Source: Minisyncoccota bacterium
GTDB taxonomy: Bacteria; Patescibacteriota; Minisyncoccia; Phycocordibacterales; UBA9973
DNA length: 64,000 bases
Direction of reading: 5' to 3'
Assembly: GCA_041664465.1 (NCBI GenBank)
Contig: JBAYKP010000004.1
Location: forward strand, 6,876-70,875
Made by a program: the position numbers and the translations under genes
Shown here: positions 1 through 10,280 of the stretch, in pieces
Layout: the number at the start of each line of letters is the position of its first letter
Numbering within the stretch: the first letter of the stretch is position 1
Notes under the pieces: model-generated
What the model was told of the DNA's origin: nothing
The model's input: the letters and a program-made list of their open reading frames with translations, nothing else
The model's database searches: none

Positions 1-2634
1 AGAATTGATAAGAAACGCAAATTCTCCGTGGCATCTTTGCTTCGCGTCTTAGGACTCAATACAGATGAAGCTATCTTGAAAGCTTTCGGTGACAACGAAG
101 AAATACTGAAGACTATTAAAGTCTGTCTTGAGAAAGATCCAGCCAAGACACTTTCTGATTCATATATAGAGATATACAAGCGTCTTCGTGATGGCGATCT
201 AGCCACGCCTGATAATGCACGTGAATTTATGAGTATTCTTCTTTCAGCTGAGCGTTATGATCTTTCTCCTGTCGGGCGATTCCGTTTCAATAAAAGATTT
301 GAGAAAAGTATGGATGAGAAGGAAATGGAGCGTCGCACTATCTCTGCAGATGACGTCGTCACTATTGTGAAGAATATTATTGCCCTCAATAGCGACCCGC
401 ATTCCAAGGGAGATGATATAGACCACCTAGGTCAGCGTCGTGTGCGTTATGTCGGAGAAATGTTCCAACAGAAGATTCGTACCGGTATGGCTCAGATTAA
501 GAGAAATGTCCAAGACCGTATGTCAACCATTGACGTCGGGACGACAATGCCAATACAGATTATCAATCAGCGTCCTTTGCAAGCTCGTATCAAAGAATTC
601 TTCACTGCCAACCAGCTCTCACAATTTATGAACCAAGAGAACGTGATGGCAGAAGTGGAGCATTTGCGTATTCTCTCTGCACTCGGTCCTGGAGGTCTTA
701 CTCGTGAGCGAGCTGGGCTTGAAGTTCGTGACGTGCATACTTCTCACTATGGAAGAGTCTGTCCTATACATACACCTGAGGGTCCAAACATCGGACTTAT
801 CCTTCACCTTTCTACTTATGCCAAGATAAATGAATTTGGAATAATAGAGACACCTTATATAAAAGTTAAAAATGGCAAGATAACTTCCGAAGTTGTTTAT
901 CTAAACGCGCTTGAAGAAGAGAATTACAACATTGCTCACGCCGGGATAGACTATGATGATAAGGGCAATATAATTGATGACAAAGTAGAAGCTCGTCTGA
1001 AGACCAAGCCTGGAATGATTTCTAAAAATGAAATTGATTTTATAGATGTAGCGACGAACCAAGCTTTCTCGGTGGCGACTTCTATGATCCCATTCTTAGA
1101 ACACGATGATGCTCACAGAACACTGATGGGAAGTAATATGCAGAAGCAGGCTTTACCTTGTATCGTTCCAGAGATTCCTCTCGTGGCAACTGGTATAGAA
1201 GAATTGGCAAGTCGCGATTCTGGGCGTTTAGTTCTAGCCCTAGTTTCCGGGGATGTTACTTATGTAGATGCCAAGAAGATAATAGTCAAAGATGAGAAAG
1301 GCAAAGACCATACTTATCCTTTGATTACTTTCTCTCGTACGAACAACTTCTCTATCTTCCATCAGCGTCCTTCTGTCTCTATTGGAGACAAAGTGAAGCG
1401 TGGGCACGTACTTGCTGATACTAGTACGACAGATCACGGGCAGATAGCTATCGGGCAGAATGCTCTCATCGCCTTTATGTCTTGGGGTGGAGCGAACTAT
1501 GAAGATGCGATCATTCTTTCTGAGAAATTAGTGAAGGATAGCAAATTTACAAGTATTTACGTCACAGAATTTATTTGTAATGTTCGTGATACGAAATTAG
1601 GTCCTGAAATTACCACTCGCGATATTCCAAATGTAGGTGAGAATAAATTGAAAGACTTGGATGAAGACGGAATCATTGTTGTCGGAGCTGAAGTCACAGA
1701 GAATGATATTCTCGTTGGTAAAATTACTCCAAAAGGCGAGACCGAGCTCACTCCTGAGGAAAGGCTCCTTCGCTCTATCTTTACCGAGAAGGCTCGCGAT
1801 GTGAAAGATACATCATTAAGACTTGAACACGGTAAGAAGGGTAGAATCGTCGGAGTGAAAATTTTCTCTCGTGATCAAGGACATAATCTAGAATCTGGAA
1901 TTATAAAAAGAATTGTAGTGGAAATCGCACAGATTAGAAATATTTCTGTCGGAGACAAACTTTCTGGACGTCACGGCAACAAAGGAGTCATCTCAGTCAT
2001 TTTGCCTGAAGAAGAAATGCCATTTATGGCCGATGGTACTCCAGTAGATATCATCCTTACTCCGCTTGGTGTGCCTTCTCGTATGAACTTGGGGCAGATT
2101 CTTGAAATGCATTTGGGTTATGCGGCGCATACACTAGGCTATCAAGCTATCGTTCCTCCATTCTCATCAGCAACAGTTCCAGAAATAAAAGCTGAGCTTG
2201 TGAAAGCTGGAATGCCAGAATCTGGGAAGGTTACATTATATGATGGACGAACTGGGGATGCTTTTGACCAAGATGTGGCTATAGGTTATATGTATATGCT
2301 CAAGCTTCACCACATGGTGGAAGATAAACTTCATATGCGTTCTATCGGTCCATACTCCTTAATTACTCAGCAACCTCTCGGCGGTAAAGCGCAAGGTGGA
2401 GGACAAAGATTCGGAGAAATGGAGGTCTGGGCACTGGAAGGTCATGGAGCCGCTTACTCACTACGAGAAATGCTTACCATAAAGTCCGATGATATTATGG
2501 GTCGCTCACAGACATTTGACGCAATTATCAAAGGCAAAGTAATCGGTGAGCCAAATGTCCCAGCATCGTTTAATGTATTACTGAACTATCTCCGCGGATT
2601 ATCACTTGATGTTGAATTAAAAAAGTCGAAATAA
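1..2634 (+). CDS. rpoB: DNA-directed RNA polymerase subunit beta, C-terminal portion (5' end lies outside the window)
   Basis: The frame is open from base 1. The ORF caller begins at a GTG at 28. The translation carries conserved RpoB C-terminal motifs (GRHGNKGV, GGQRFGEMEVWALE, LNYLRGLSLDVEL) and ends at TAA 2632-2634, with rpoC immediately downstream. Confidence 0.95.
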   Translation, partial: RIDKKRKFSVASLLRVLGLNTDEAILKAFGDNEEILKTIKVCLEKDPAKTLSDSYIEIYKRLRDGDLATPDNAREFMSILLSAERYDLSPVGRFRFNKRFEKSMDEKEMERRTISADDVVTIVKNIIALNSDPHSKGDDIDHLGQRRVRYVGEMFQQKIRTGMAQIKRNVQDRMSTIDVGTTMPIQIINQRPLQARIKEFFTANQLSQFMNQENVMAEVEHLRILSALGPGGLTRERAGLEVRDVHTSHYGRVCPIHTPEGPNIGLILHLSTYAKINEFGIIETPYIKVKNGKITSEVVYLNALEEENYNIAHAGIDYDDKGNIIDDKVEARLKTKPGMISKNEIDFIDVATNQAFSVATSMIPFLEHDDAHRTLMGSNMQKQALPCIVPEIPLVATGIEELASRDSGRLVLALVSGDVTYVDAKKIIVKDEKGKDHTYPLITFSRTNNFSIFHQRPSVSIGDKVKRGHVLADTSTTDHGQIAIGQNALIAFMSWGGANYEDAIILSEKLVKDSKFTSIYVTEFICNVRDTKLGPEITTRDIPNVGENKLKDLDEDGIIVVGAEVTENDILVGKITPKGETELTPEERLLRSIFTEKARDVKDTSLRLEHGKKGRIVGVKIFSRDQGHNLESGIIKRIVVEIAQIRNISVGDKLSGRHGNKGVISVILPEEEMPFMADGTPVDIILTPLGVPSRMNLGQILEMHLGYAAHTLGYQAIVPPFSSATVPEIKAELVKAGMPESGKVTLYDGRTGDAFDQDVAIGYMYMLKLHHMVEDKLHMRSIGPYSLITQQPLGGKAQGGGQRFGEMEVWALEGHGAAYSLREMLTIKSDDIMGRSQTFDAIIKGKVIGEPNVPASFNVLLNYLRGLSLDVELKKSK

Positions 2635-2644
2635 ATTAATAAGG

Positions 2645-2742
2645 CATTTCCTCCTCTCCTTACTAAGGAGAGGACCGAGGAGAGGTGAATTAATTAAGAA
2701 CCCCCTCTCAGTCTCCCCCTTGGTAAGGGGGAGAGGGAATCA
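2645..2742. repeat. Copy R1 of a multi-hairpin palindromic element (about 98 bp) in the rpoB-rpoC spacer
   Basis: Hairpin tcctctcctt-act-aaggagagga, then a core gagaggtgaattaattaagaacc, then hairpin ctccccctt-ggt-aagggggag. The 23-nt core reappears exactly, reverse-complemented, inside uvrB (copy R4). Confidence 0.8.
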
Positions 2743-2755
2743 ACAAACATAATAT

Positions 2756-5700
2756 ATGAAAATAATAGATACAACAGATTTCGATTCAATAACACTCAAG
2801 CTTGCTTCTCCTGAGAGAATAAAGGAATGGTCATACGGAGAAGTGACAAAGCCAGAAACTATCAACTATCGTACCGGTCGCTCCGAACGCTCAGGTCTCT
2901 TCGACGAAAGAATTTTCGGTCCAGAGAAAGATTACGAATGTTACTGTGGTAAATACAGAAGAATTCGTTACAAAGATATAATTTGTGAAAAATGTGGAGT
3001 GGAAGTTACTCGCTCTATCGTTCGCCGTGACAGAATGGGGCATATAGAGCTAGCATCCCCAGTATCGCATATTTGGTTCCTACGTGGGGTGCCAAGCCGC
3101 ATGTCTACGCTTCTCAATATCTCAGTCTCAGACTTGGAGAAAGTTATTTATTTTGCAGGATATATAGTAGTCAGTGTCTCAGCAACTGAAAAAGAAACTA
3201 TCACCAAGAATCTAGAAAGTGAATTCAAATCAAAAATCAAAAGTGCCAATAATGAAGAAGAAAAAGAAAAACTTAAAGAATTATTACTCAATACCAAGCG
3301 TGAGATATCTGAAATCGTCTTAGGTAAAGTCTTAAACGAGATAGCTTATCACCACTACGGACTCAAATACGGAAGTTGTTTCGAAGCAAGTATTGGAGCT
3401 GAGGCTATCTTCACTATCTTTAAGAATCTAGATTTAGAAAAATTGAAGACAGAGACGGCGGCAATGCTTCCAAAAGCCAGCAGTATAGATAAAGAAAAAT
3501 TGGAGAAGAGGATGTCCCTTATCCGCTCAATGATTCACTCTGGTATCAGACCTGAGTGGATGTTCCTCACTGTTATCCCAGTTATCCCTCCTGCTCTTCG
3601 TCCGATGGTGGCTCTTGATGGTGGGCGTCACGCGACTTCCGACTTGAACGATTTATATAGAAGAGTTATAAACAGAAATAATCGTCTTAAGAAATTAAAA
3701 GAAATTGGGGCTCCAGATGTGATTCTAAGAAATGAGAAAAGAATTTTGCAAGAAGCGGTAGATGCTCTGATAGATAACTCCATCGCCAAGCAGAATGATT
3801 CTCAAGCTGTCTCGGCTTCTCAGAAGCGTGCGCTCAAATCTCTTTCAGATAATTTAAAATCAAAGCAAGGTTTATTCCGTCAGAATTTGCTTGGTAAGCG
3901 TGTGGACTATTCCGGACGTTCCGTGATCGTCGTTGGTCCAGGATTGAAGCTCAATCAATGCGGACTTCCAAAGCATATGGCACTTGAACTTTTCAAACCT
4001 TTCGTAATTTCCAAAATATTAGAGACCGAGCTTGCTTTCAATATTCGTGGTGCCAATAGACTAATAGAAGAAGGCACGCCAGAAGTCTGGGCAATACTTG
4101 AAGAAGTAATCAGGGGGAAGTATGTGCTTCTAAACCGTGCACCAACACTTCACAGACTTGGTATTCAAGCCTTTAATCCTATCCTTATAGAAGGTCACGC
4201 TATTCAAGTGCATCCACTTGTCTGTGCCGGATTCAACGCCGACTTTGACGGGGACCAGATGGCTGTCTACGTACCGCTTGGAGAAATGGCTCAAATGGAA
4301 GCAAAAGAATATATGGCTTCCAATAAAAATTTATTGAAACCGCAAGATGGATCACCGATCGTAATGCCGAAGATGGATATCGTCCTTGGTTGTTACTGGA
4401 TGACAAAAGGAGTAGATGGCGAACGTGGAGAAGGTATGGCATTTGCAAGTCCAAACCAAGCTATTACAGCTTTTGATCTAGGAGTCATTACTTTCCGTGC
4501 CAAGATTAAAGTCCTAGGAACTGAGAAAGCTCGCTATGCAAAATTTGCAGATAAACCTTTTGAGACGACTGTCGGTAAATTATTCTTCAATAGTATTTTC
4601 CCTGATGACTTCCCATACATAGAAGATGAGATTACTATCAAGCGTATGTCGCTCCTTGTAGATGAGCTCATCGTCCACTATGGTATAGATGCTACTCCAA
4701 AATTCTTGGATAAAATTAAAGATTTCGGTTATCAATATGCGACCTACTCAGGGGTGACTTGGGGTATTGATAATGTGACAGTGCCAGCTGGCAAGAAAGA
4801 GATTGTGGCTAAGTTCCGTAAAGAAGAAGAAGTTGTCCGTGATCAATATGCCGAAGGACTCCTCTCAGAAGAAGAGCAATATCAAAAAGTTATTGAGATA
4901 TGGGAACACGCCAAGAAAGAAATTGAAAAGATAATTCCTGCCACTTTGGATACGAAGGGTTCCACCTATGATCTTGTGACCTCTGGCGCTCGAGGTAGTA
5001 TGGGGTCTCTCATTCAGATGTGTGGAATGAAAGGACTCATTGTGAATACTTCCGGTGCGACTCTTGACTTCCCAATCATCCCTTCATACATTGAAGGACT
5101 TTCACCACTTGAATATTTCATCACGACTCACGGTTCTCGTAAGGGTGCCGCCGACACGGCCTTAAATACGGCTAAAGCTGGTTACCTTACACGACGTCTA
5201 GTGGATGTAGCGCAAGATGTTGTCGTAACAGAGGAAGATTGTGGCACGAAGAATGGCAAGACGATAGTAGCTGTCCAAGGTGCTTTCGCGAAGTATATTC
5301 ACGGACGAGTACTTCTTGCTGATATAAAAGGAGAGGATGGTAAAGTGGTATTTAAAAAGGGAACACTTATAATGAAAGAAGATGCAAGATTGTTAGAGAA
5401 AATGGGAGTGAAAGAAGCTCTCGTCCGCACGCCACTTTCTTGTGAGACGACTCACGGTATATGTCGTATTTGTTATGGTCTTGATTTGGGGCGAAATACA
5501 ATGATAGAGCTAGGACAAGCCGTTGGTATCATCGCGGCGCAAGCTATCGGTGAGCCAGGAACCCAGCTGACACTTCGTACTTTCCACGCGGGTGGAGTCG
5601 CGACTGTGGATATCACGACAGGACTTCCTCGTGTTGAAGAAATTTTCGAAAGAAGAATTCCGAAGAATCCAGCTATTATATCTCAGACTGATGGCGAAGT

Positions 5701-6373
5701 GATAGACATCACAGATAATGGCAAAGAAAAGACTATTAAAGTTCTCTCTGACTCAAAAGCAGATGGCAAGAAAAATGAAATGGAATATACAGTTGCTTTC
5801 CGTCGTCAGCCCGCAGTCAAAGTCGGGATGCATGTGAAGAAAGGAGAACTTCTAACTGATGGCTCAGCTGATATAAATGAAGTTGTGAAATATGGTGGCA
5901 AGGAAATGGCAGAAGAATACATCGTAGATGAAATCAATAAAGTTTACGATTTGCAGAGTGCTTCAATCTCACGAAAACATATTGAAATAATTATTCGCCA
6001 AATGTTCTCACGAAAGAGAATTAAAGATGCCGGCGATACGACTTTCTCTCCAGGTGAAATAGTAGAAAATATTGAACTCATAGAAGAGAATAATCGCCTT
6101 AAAGAAGAAGGTGGAGGTATAGAAGCTACGGCTGGAACTATTGTTCTAGGTATTACCGAAGTTTCCCTTACGACGAAGAGCTGGCTCTCAGCGGCTTCCT
6201 TCCAGAATACAAACCGCGTTCTTATCAACAATGCAATCCGTGGTGGAGTGGATAATCTACGCGGACTCAAAGAGAACGTCATCATTGGTGGACTTATACC
6301 AGCAGGTACAGGCTTCGGTGTAGAAAAAGCTCAAAAAGAAAAAGAGGAAGTGAATGAAGAAGTTGTTGCTTAA
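2756..6373 (+). CDS. rpoC: DNA-directed RNA polymerase subunit beta'
   Basis: 1205 aa. The N-terminal zinc-binding region (CYCGKY...CEKCGVEV), the NADFDGD catalytic motif and conserved C-terminal regions are all present. Confidence 0.97.
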   Translation: MKIIDTTDFDSITLKLASPERIKEWSYGEVTKPETINYRTGRSERSGLFDERIFGPEKDYECYCGKYRRIRYKDIICEKCGVEVTRSIVRRDRMGHIELASPVSHIWFLRGVPSRMSTLLNISVSDLEKVIYFAGYIVVSVSATEKETITKNLESEFKSKIKSANNEEEKEKLKELLLNTKREISEIVLGKVLNEIAYHHYGLKYGSCFEASIGAEAIFTIFKNLDLEKLKTETAAMLPKASSIDKEKLEKRMSLIRSMIHSGIRPEWMFLTVIPVIPPALRPMVALDGGRHATSDLNDLYRRVINRNNRLKKLKEIGAPDVILRNEKRILQEAVDALIDNSIAKQNDSQAVSASQKRALKSLSDNLKSKQGLFRQNLLGKRVDYSGRSVIVVGPGLKLNQCGLPKHMALELFKPFVISKILETELAFNIRGANRLIEEGTPEVWAILEEVIRGKYVLLNRAPTLHRLGIQAFNPILIEGHAIQVHPLVCAGFNADFDGDQMAVYVPLGEMAQMEAKEYMASNKNLLKPQDGSPIVMPKMDIVLGCYWMTKGVDGERGEGMAFASPNQAITAFDLGVITFRAKIKVLGTEKARYAKFADKPFETTVGKLFFNSIFPDDFPYIEDEITIKRMSLLVDELIVHYGIDATPKFLDKIKDFGYQYATYSGVTWGIDNVTVPAGKKEIVAKFRKEEEVVRDQYAEGLLSEEEQYQKVIEIWEHAKKEIEKIIPATLDTKGSTYDLVTSGARGSMGSLIQMCGMKGLIVNTSGATLDFPIIPSYIEGLSPLEYFITTHGSRKGAADTALNTAKAGYLTRRLVDVAQDVVVTEEDCGTKNGKTIVAVQGAFAKYIHGRVLLADIKGEDGKVVFKKGTLIMKEDARLLEKMGVKEALVRTPLSCETTHGICRICYGLDLGRNTMIELGQAVGIIAAQAIGEPGTQLTLRTFHAGGVATVDITTGLPRVEEIFERRIPKNPAIISQTDGEVIDITDNGKEKTIKVLSDSKADGKKNEMEYTVAFRRQPAVKVGMHVKKGELLTDGSADINEVVKYGGKEMAEEYIVDEINKVYDLQSASISRKHIEIIIRQMFSRKRIKDAGDTTFSPGEIVENIELIEENNRLKEEGGGIEATAGTIVLGITEVSLTTKSWLSAASFQNTNRVLINNAIRGGVDNLRGLKENVIIGGLIPAGTGFGVEKAQKEKEEVNEEVVA

Positions 6374-6402
6374 TAATTAATAAGAGCGAAAGCTCTTAAA
6401 TT

Positions 6403-8157
6403 ATGTCATCATCGGTAGATAAAATTAAAGAAAGGCTTTCCATTGTTGATGTTATTTCGAGTTACATACAGGTGGAGCAATCAGGAAAGAATTTCAAAGC
6501 TAAGTGTCCTTTTCACAATGAGAAGACGCCGTCATTTTTCATCTCGCCCGACCGAGGCACTTACTATTGTTTCGGTTGTGGGGAGAAGGGGGATATCTTT
6601 TCTTTCGTAGAGAAATTTGAAGGAGCTGACTTTATGGGAGCTTTGAAGTTACTTGCCGAAAGAGCTGGAGTTGAACTTCTATATGAAAGGGTAGATAAGA
6701 ATAAAGATAAAAAAGAATTGTATTTTGAAATACTAGAAGAAGCGACGAAATTCTTTGAAGCTAATTTTGAAAAAGAACCCAAAGTACGTGCCTACTTACT
6801 AAGCAGAGGTCTCAATGATACTAGTATTAAAGATTTCAGAATTGGATATGTCAAAGATGAATGGAGATCACTTTCTGATTATTTAATTGCTAAGGGTTAT
6901 AAGATAGAAGATTTGGAAACAGTTGGTTTGGTAAAGAAATCTGAAAAAGGTACATACGATAGATTCCGTTCTCGCATTATTTTCCCTATTAGTGATTCAA
7001 GTGGGAGAGTTATAGCTTTCTCGGGGAGGATATTTGGGAAGGATGATGCAACCGAAGCTAAATATTTGAATAGCCCTGATACGCCACTTTTCAATAAATC
7101 TAATGTCTTATTTGGTATAGATAAGGCGAAACTTTCTATAAGAAAAAGAGGATATAGTATTGTAGTAGAAGGACAGATGGATTTGATCCTTTCACATCAG
7201 GCAGACTTTACGAATACTGTCGCTGTCTCGGGGACGGCTTTCACTGACAGTATTACCAACAGTGAATCAAATATAAATAATTTAGGGCTTATCCGTCGTT
7301 TATCTTCCAATATTATTTTTGCTTATGATGGAGATAGTGCTGGAATAAGAGCGGCTAGTCGCTCAGCTATGATAGCTTTGTCTTTAGATATGCAAGTCAA
7401 AGTGGCACAACTTCCAGATGGGAAAGATCCCGCCGATATTATAAAAGATGATGTAGAGGAATGGAAAGATATTATTAAAAATGCGAAAGATATTATAACT
7501 TTTCACGTAGATAGAATTTGTAAAAATACAAATGATATAAGACAGAGAGGCAAGCTCGTCAGAGATGTCATCTTTCCTTTCTTAACTGTGGTGAAGAGTT
7601 CTATAGATAGATCTTCATATATGTCTATAATTCATTCTAAAACAGGGATACCAGCTTCGGCGGTGATTGAAGATTTTGGAGTTTATGAGAGGAACCATAT
7701 AGTAGAAAACAAGATAGAAAATTTAGATAATAAAGTAGTAGAAAAAGAAATAATTTCAAGAAGAGGTAATTTGGAGAAAAGATTGTTTGGGATTATTTTC
7801 TTACAAGAAAGAAATGACATTGGTATAGACAAAGAAGGAATTTTCTCTTTATTAAAAGAAAAAATAGGAGAAGATGAATTCCAGAAGATATATGAATTCC
7901 ATTCTCCATTTGGAGATGTCCTTGCGCAAGATATTGAAAGGTTGTATGGTGATAATATAAAAGATATTAATCGGCATATGGATGAGTTAATGTTAAATTT
8001 AGAAGGAGAAATTTTAGGAGAGCGTTTATTTTTATTAAGAGATAAGATTAACCAACAATCAAACTCAACTGAAAACTTTGATCCAGGTCCTATACTTATA
8101 GAGATACAAAATATAGGAGAAAGAATAGAAAAAATTAAAAGCAATAGGTCAAAATAA
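6403..8157 (+). CDS. dnaG: DNA primase
   Basis: 584 aa. CHC2 zinc finger ([30 protein letters not shown]), a Toprim region (VEGQMDLI...DGDSAG) and a C-terminal helper domain. Confidence 0.9.
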   Translation: MSSSVDKIKERLSIVDVISSYIQVEQSGKNFKAKCPFHNEKTPSFFISPDRGTYYCFGCGEKGDIFSFVEKFEGADFMGALKLLAERAGVELLYERVDKNKDKKELYFEILEEATKFFEANFEKEPKVRAYLLSRGLNDTSIKDFRIGYVKDEWRSLSDYLIAKGYKIEDLETVGLVKKSEKGTYDRFRSRIIFPISDSSGRVIAFSGRIFGKDDATEAKYLNSPDTPLFNKSNVLFGIDKAKLSIRKRGYSIVVEGQMDLILSHQADFTNTVAVSGTAFTDSITNSESNINNLGLIRRLSSNIIFAYDGDSAGIRAASRSAMIALSLDMQVKVAQLPDGKDPADIIKDDVEEWKDIIKNAKDIITFHVDRICKNTNDIRQRGKLVRDVIFPFLTVVKSSIDRSSYMSIIHSKTGIPASAVIEDFGVYERNHIVENKIENLDNKVVEKEIISRRGNLEKRLFGIIFLQERNDIGIDKEGIFSLLKEKIGEDEFQKIYEFHSPFGDVLAQDIERLYGDNIKDINRHMDELMLNLEGEILGERLFLLRDKINQQSNSTENFDPGPILIEIQNIGERIEKIKSNRSK

Positions 8158-8161
8158 TTTT

Positions 8162-9484
8162 ATGAAAAAAAAGATGAAAAAAATAAACAAAAAAATAGTT
8201 AAAAAAATTATTAAGAAAGCCTCCTCCGCTAAAGCTACGGCAGGCCGAAGAAAAAAAGTAGTTAAAAAAGTCACACCTAAAAAGAAAAAGAAAGTTATAA
8301 AAAAAACTACTAAAAAAGTAGTTAAAAAATCTAAACCAAAGATTTCTAAATCTAAACCGAAAGCTAAAGTTAAAGTGATGTCTAATTCTAAAAGAGAGCT
8401 TTTAGAAAAGAAGCAAAAAAGTGAAGAAGGGAAAGCTCTAGAAATGATAGAGAAAGGCAAGAAAAGAGGCTTCGTAACTTATGATGAGATTATTAAGGAA
8501 TTTCCAGATATAGAGACCAATATACTTTTCTTGGATGAATTATATGATCGTTTTGCAGTGGCTGGTATTGATGTCTTGGAAGGAGGTAATTTGCTTGATA
8601 CATCGGGCGATGTAGAAAAGTTGGTTTTAAAATATAGTAAAGATGCCAAAACTTATGATTCTATTCAAATGTATTTGAAAGAGATAGGTCAGTATCCTCT
8701 GATTGCTGCCAGCGAAGAAAGAGAGCTTGCCAAGAGGATAGAAAAGGGAGACATAGAAGCCAAGAATCTGCTTGCCCGTGCGAACCTTCGTCTCGTAGTA
8801 TCTATTGCCAAGAAGTATGTCGGTAGAAGCTCGGACCTCACTTTGCTTGACCTGATTCAAGAAGGGAACTTGGGCTTGTTTAAAGCGGTAGAGAAATTTG
8901 ATTGGACCAAAGGATATAAATTCTCTACTTATGCCACTTGGTGGATACGCCAATCCATCACTCGTGCATTAGCGGATCAATCTCGCACTATCCGTATACC
9001 AGTGCATATGGTAGAAACTATTTCAAAGTATAAACAAGTAGTTAGAAGACTTTCTCAAGATCTTGGACGTGATCCTCTTGTGGAAGAAATAGCGACAGAA
9101 ATGAATTTAGAAGTAGAGAAGATTCATATAATAGAGCAGATCAATCAAGAAACTGTCTCCTTGGAGCAACCAATAGGAGATGATGACGAGAAGTCTACAC
9201 GTGGTGAGTTCATCCCTGATGATAAGATTCTTCGACCCGACCAAGATTCTTCACGTAGAATTCTTTCTGACCAGATAAGAGAAGTTTTAGAGACTTTGAG
9301 TCCTAAAGAGAGGAAGATTCTAGAGCTTCGTTATGGACTGATGGATGGAGTCCAGCATACCCTTGAAGAAGTCGGGCAAGAGTTCGGCGTCACTCGTGAG
9401 CGTATCCGTCAGATTGAAGCGAAGGTCCACGAAAAGCTCCGCAACAACGAAAAGATTGCCCGTCTTAAAAATTATTTTGATTAG
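8162..9484 (+). CDS. rpoD: RNA polymerase sigma-70 factor with a lysine-rich N-terminal extension (alternative start at ATG 8374)
   Basis: Sigma70 regions 1.2 to 4 are recognisable ([62 protein letters not shown]). The first roughly 70 codons encode K-rich repeats (KKVVKK, PKKKKK). Confidence 0.9.
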   Translation: MKKKMKKINKKIVKKIIKKASSAKATAGRRKKVVKKVTPKKKKKVIKKTTKKVVKKSKPKISKSKPKAKVKVMSNSKRELLEKKQKSEEGKALEMIEKGKKRGFVTYDEIIKEFPDIETNILFLDELYDRFAVAGIDVLEGGNLLDTSGDVEKLVLKYSKDAKTYDSIQMYLKEIGQYPLIAASEERELAKRIEKGDIEAKNLLARANLRLVVSIAKKYVGRSSDLTLLDLIQEGNLGLFKAVEKFDWTKGYKFSTYATWWIRQSITRALADQSRTIRIPVHMVETISKYKQVVRRLSQDLGRDPLVEEIATEMNLEVEKIHIIEQINQETVSLEQPIGDDDEKSTRGEFIPDDKILRPDQDSSRRILSDQIREVLETLSPKERKILELRYGLMDGVQHTLEEVGQEFGVTRERIRQIEAKVHEKLRNNEKIARLKNYFD

Positions 9485-9485
9485 A

Positions 9486-10193
9486 TTATAGTTGTTGATC
9501 TACTGGGGCTTCTACTGGAGCTACTAATTTGAATAATAAATCTCCATATTTCCAGAAAGCGTCATTGCCTTTTATCTTGGCGATACATTCTGAAGCGATG
9601 GCTCTCTCCATTGCATGTTGATGGATTTGAACTAATGGAAATTGACGATAAACCCAAGCGATACTTCCATTTGATTCATTAATGATTCTCTCTAATATTG
9701 GATGAAATCTTGCGCAGAAAGGACATTCAAAATCAGAATATTCTATAATCGTTACTTTGGCTGTTTTAGGATTTCCTAAAATATGTTCACCATCTTCAAT
9801 AGGAGGAACTTCTCCTGTATAAGCTGTTGTTACTTTACCAGTGATGACTTCATCAATAACTTTTTTTACATTTTCATATGATTCGGCACCATTTATTTTA
9901 GATTTTACGCCATTTACACCAATCACAATACTATAAGGAGTCCCTGCTCCAGTTTCTCCTTTCATAGCGCTCCCCACACTAAATTCTATTTTTTTAGCAA
10001 AAGCATCTTTATCAAATGTTTTTACACATTCAGCAAGACTAGTCTTGGATACTCCGACTTGTTCTGACAAAGTTTTATCTTTAGGAGTAGCTCCACTCCC
10101 ACCTCTGGTTAATAAAATAGCTAACATTACTAAAAATCCTGCAACAATAATTGCTGTAGGTGTATTGATTTGTTGTTTTTTTTCTTTTTCCAT
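9486..10193 (-). CDS. Membrane-anchored DsbA-family thiol:disulfide oxidoreductase
   Basis: 235 aa with an N-terminal transmembrane helix and a thioredoxin fold carrying a CPFC active site (YSDFECPFCARFHP). Confidence 0.75.
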   Translation of the reverse strand: MEKEKKQQINTPTAIIVAGFLVMLAILLTRGGSGATPKDKTLSEQVGVSKTSLAECVKTFDKDAFAKKIEFSVGSAMKGETGAGTPYSIVIGVNGVKSKINGAESYENVKKVIDEVITGKVTTAYTGEVPPIEDGEHILGNPKTAKVTIIEYSDFECPFCARFHPILERIINESNGSIAWVYRQFPLVQIHQHAMERAIASECIAKIKGNDAFWKYGDLLFKLVAPVEAPVDQQL

Positions 10194-10240
10194 AGGATTA
10201 TTATATCACATAATTAATTTAATCAACCATTAAATGTGTA

Positions 10241-10269
10241 TTGAAAAATAGGGCTAATTGTGATATAAT
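10241..10269 (+). promoter_or_regulatory. Sigma70-like promoter for the GT2 gene: TTGAAA, 17-nt spacer, TATAAT, ending 11 nt before the ATG
   Basis: -35 at 10241-10246 and -10 at 10264-10269. A 9-bp inverted repeat (tatatcaca at 10201-10209, tgtgatata at 10258-10266) overlaps the -10. Confidence 0.45.
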
Positions 10270-10280
10270 ACACTTCATAC

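Noticed and set aside
244-1751. Five short minus-strand and plus-strand ORFs (244-426, 440-631, 619-807, 1240-1437, 1557-1751) lying inside rpoB.
   Set aside because: They are antisense or out-of-frame overlaps of a highly conserved gene, 60-65 aa long, with no motifs. They are chance ORFs.
7683-8144. Minus-strand 153-aa ORF inside dnaG.
   Set aside because: It is antisense to a conserved primase C-terminal region, its composition is low-complexity I/S/F-rich, and it has no support.
8162-8380. Possibility that the Lys-rich region is a separate histone-like gene.
   Set aside because: The frame is continuous into the conserved sigma70 regions with no stop, and the spacing to the dnaG stop is 4 nt. 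Treating it as an N-terminal extension or a non-coding A-rich spacer is more parsimonious.
8149-8460. Minus-strand 103-aa ORF opposite the 5' end of rpoD.
   Set aside because: It is the low-complexity F/L-rich mirror image of the A-rich DNA that encodes the Lys-rich sigma N-terminus, so it is an artefact of repetitive composition.
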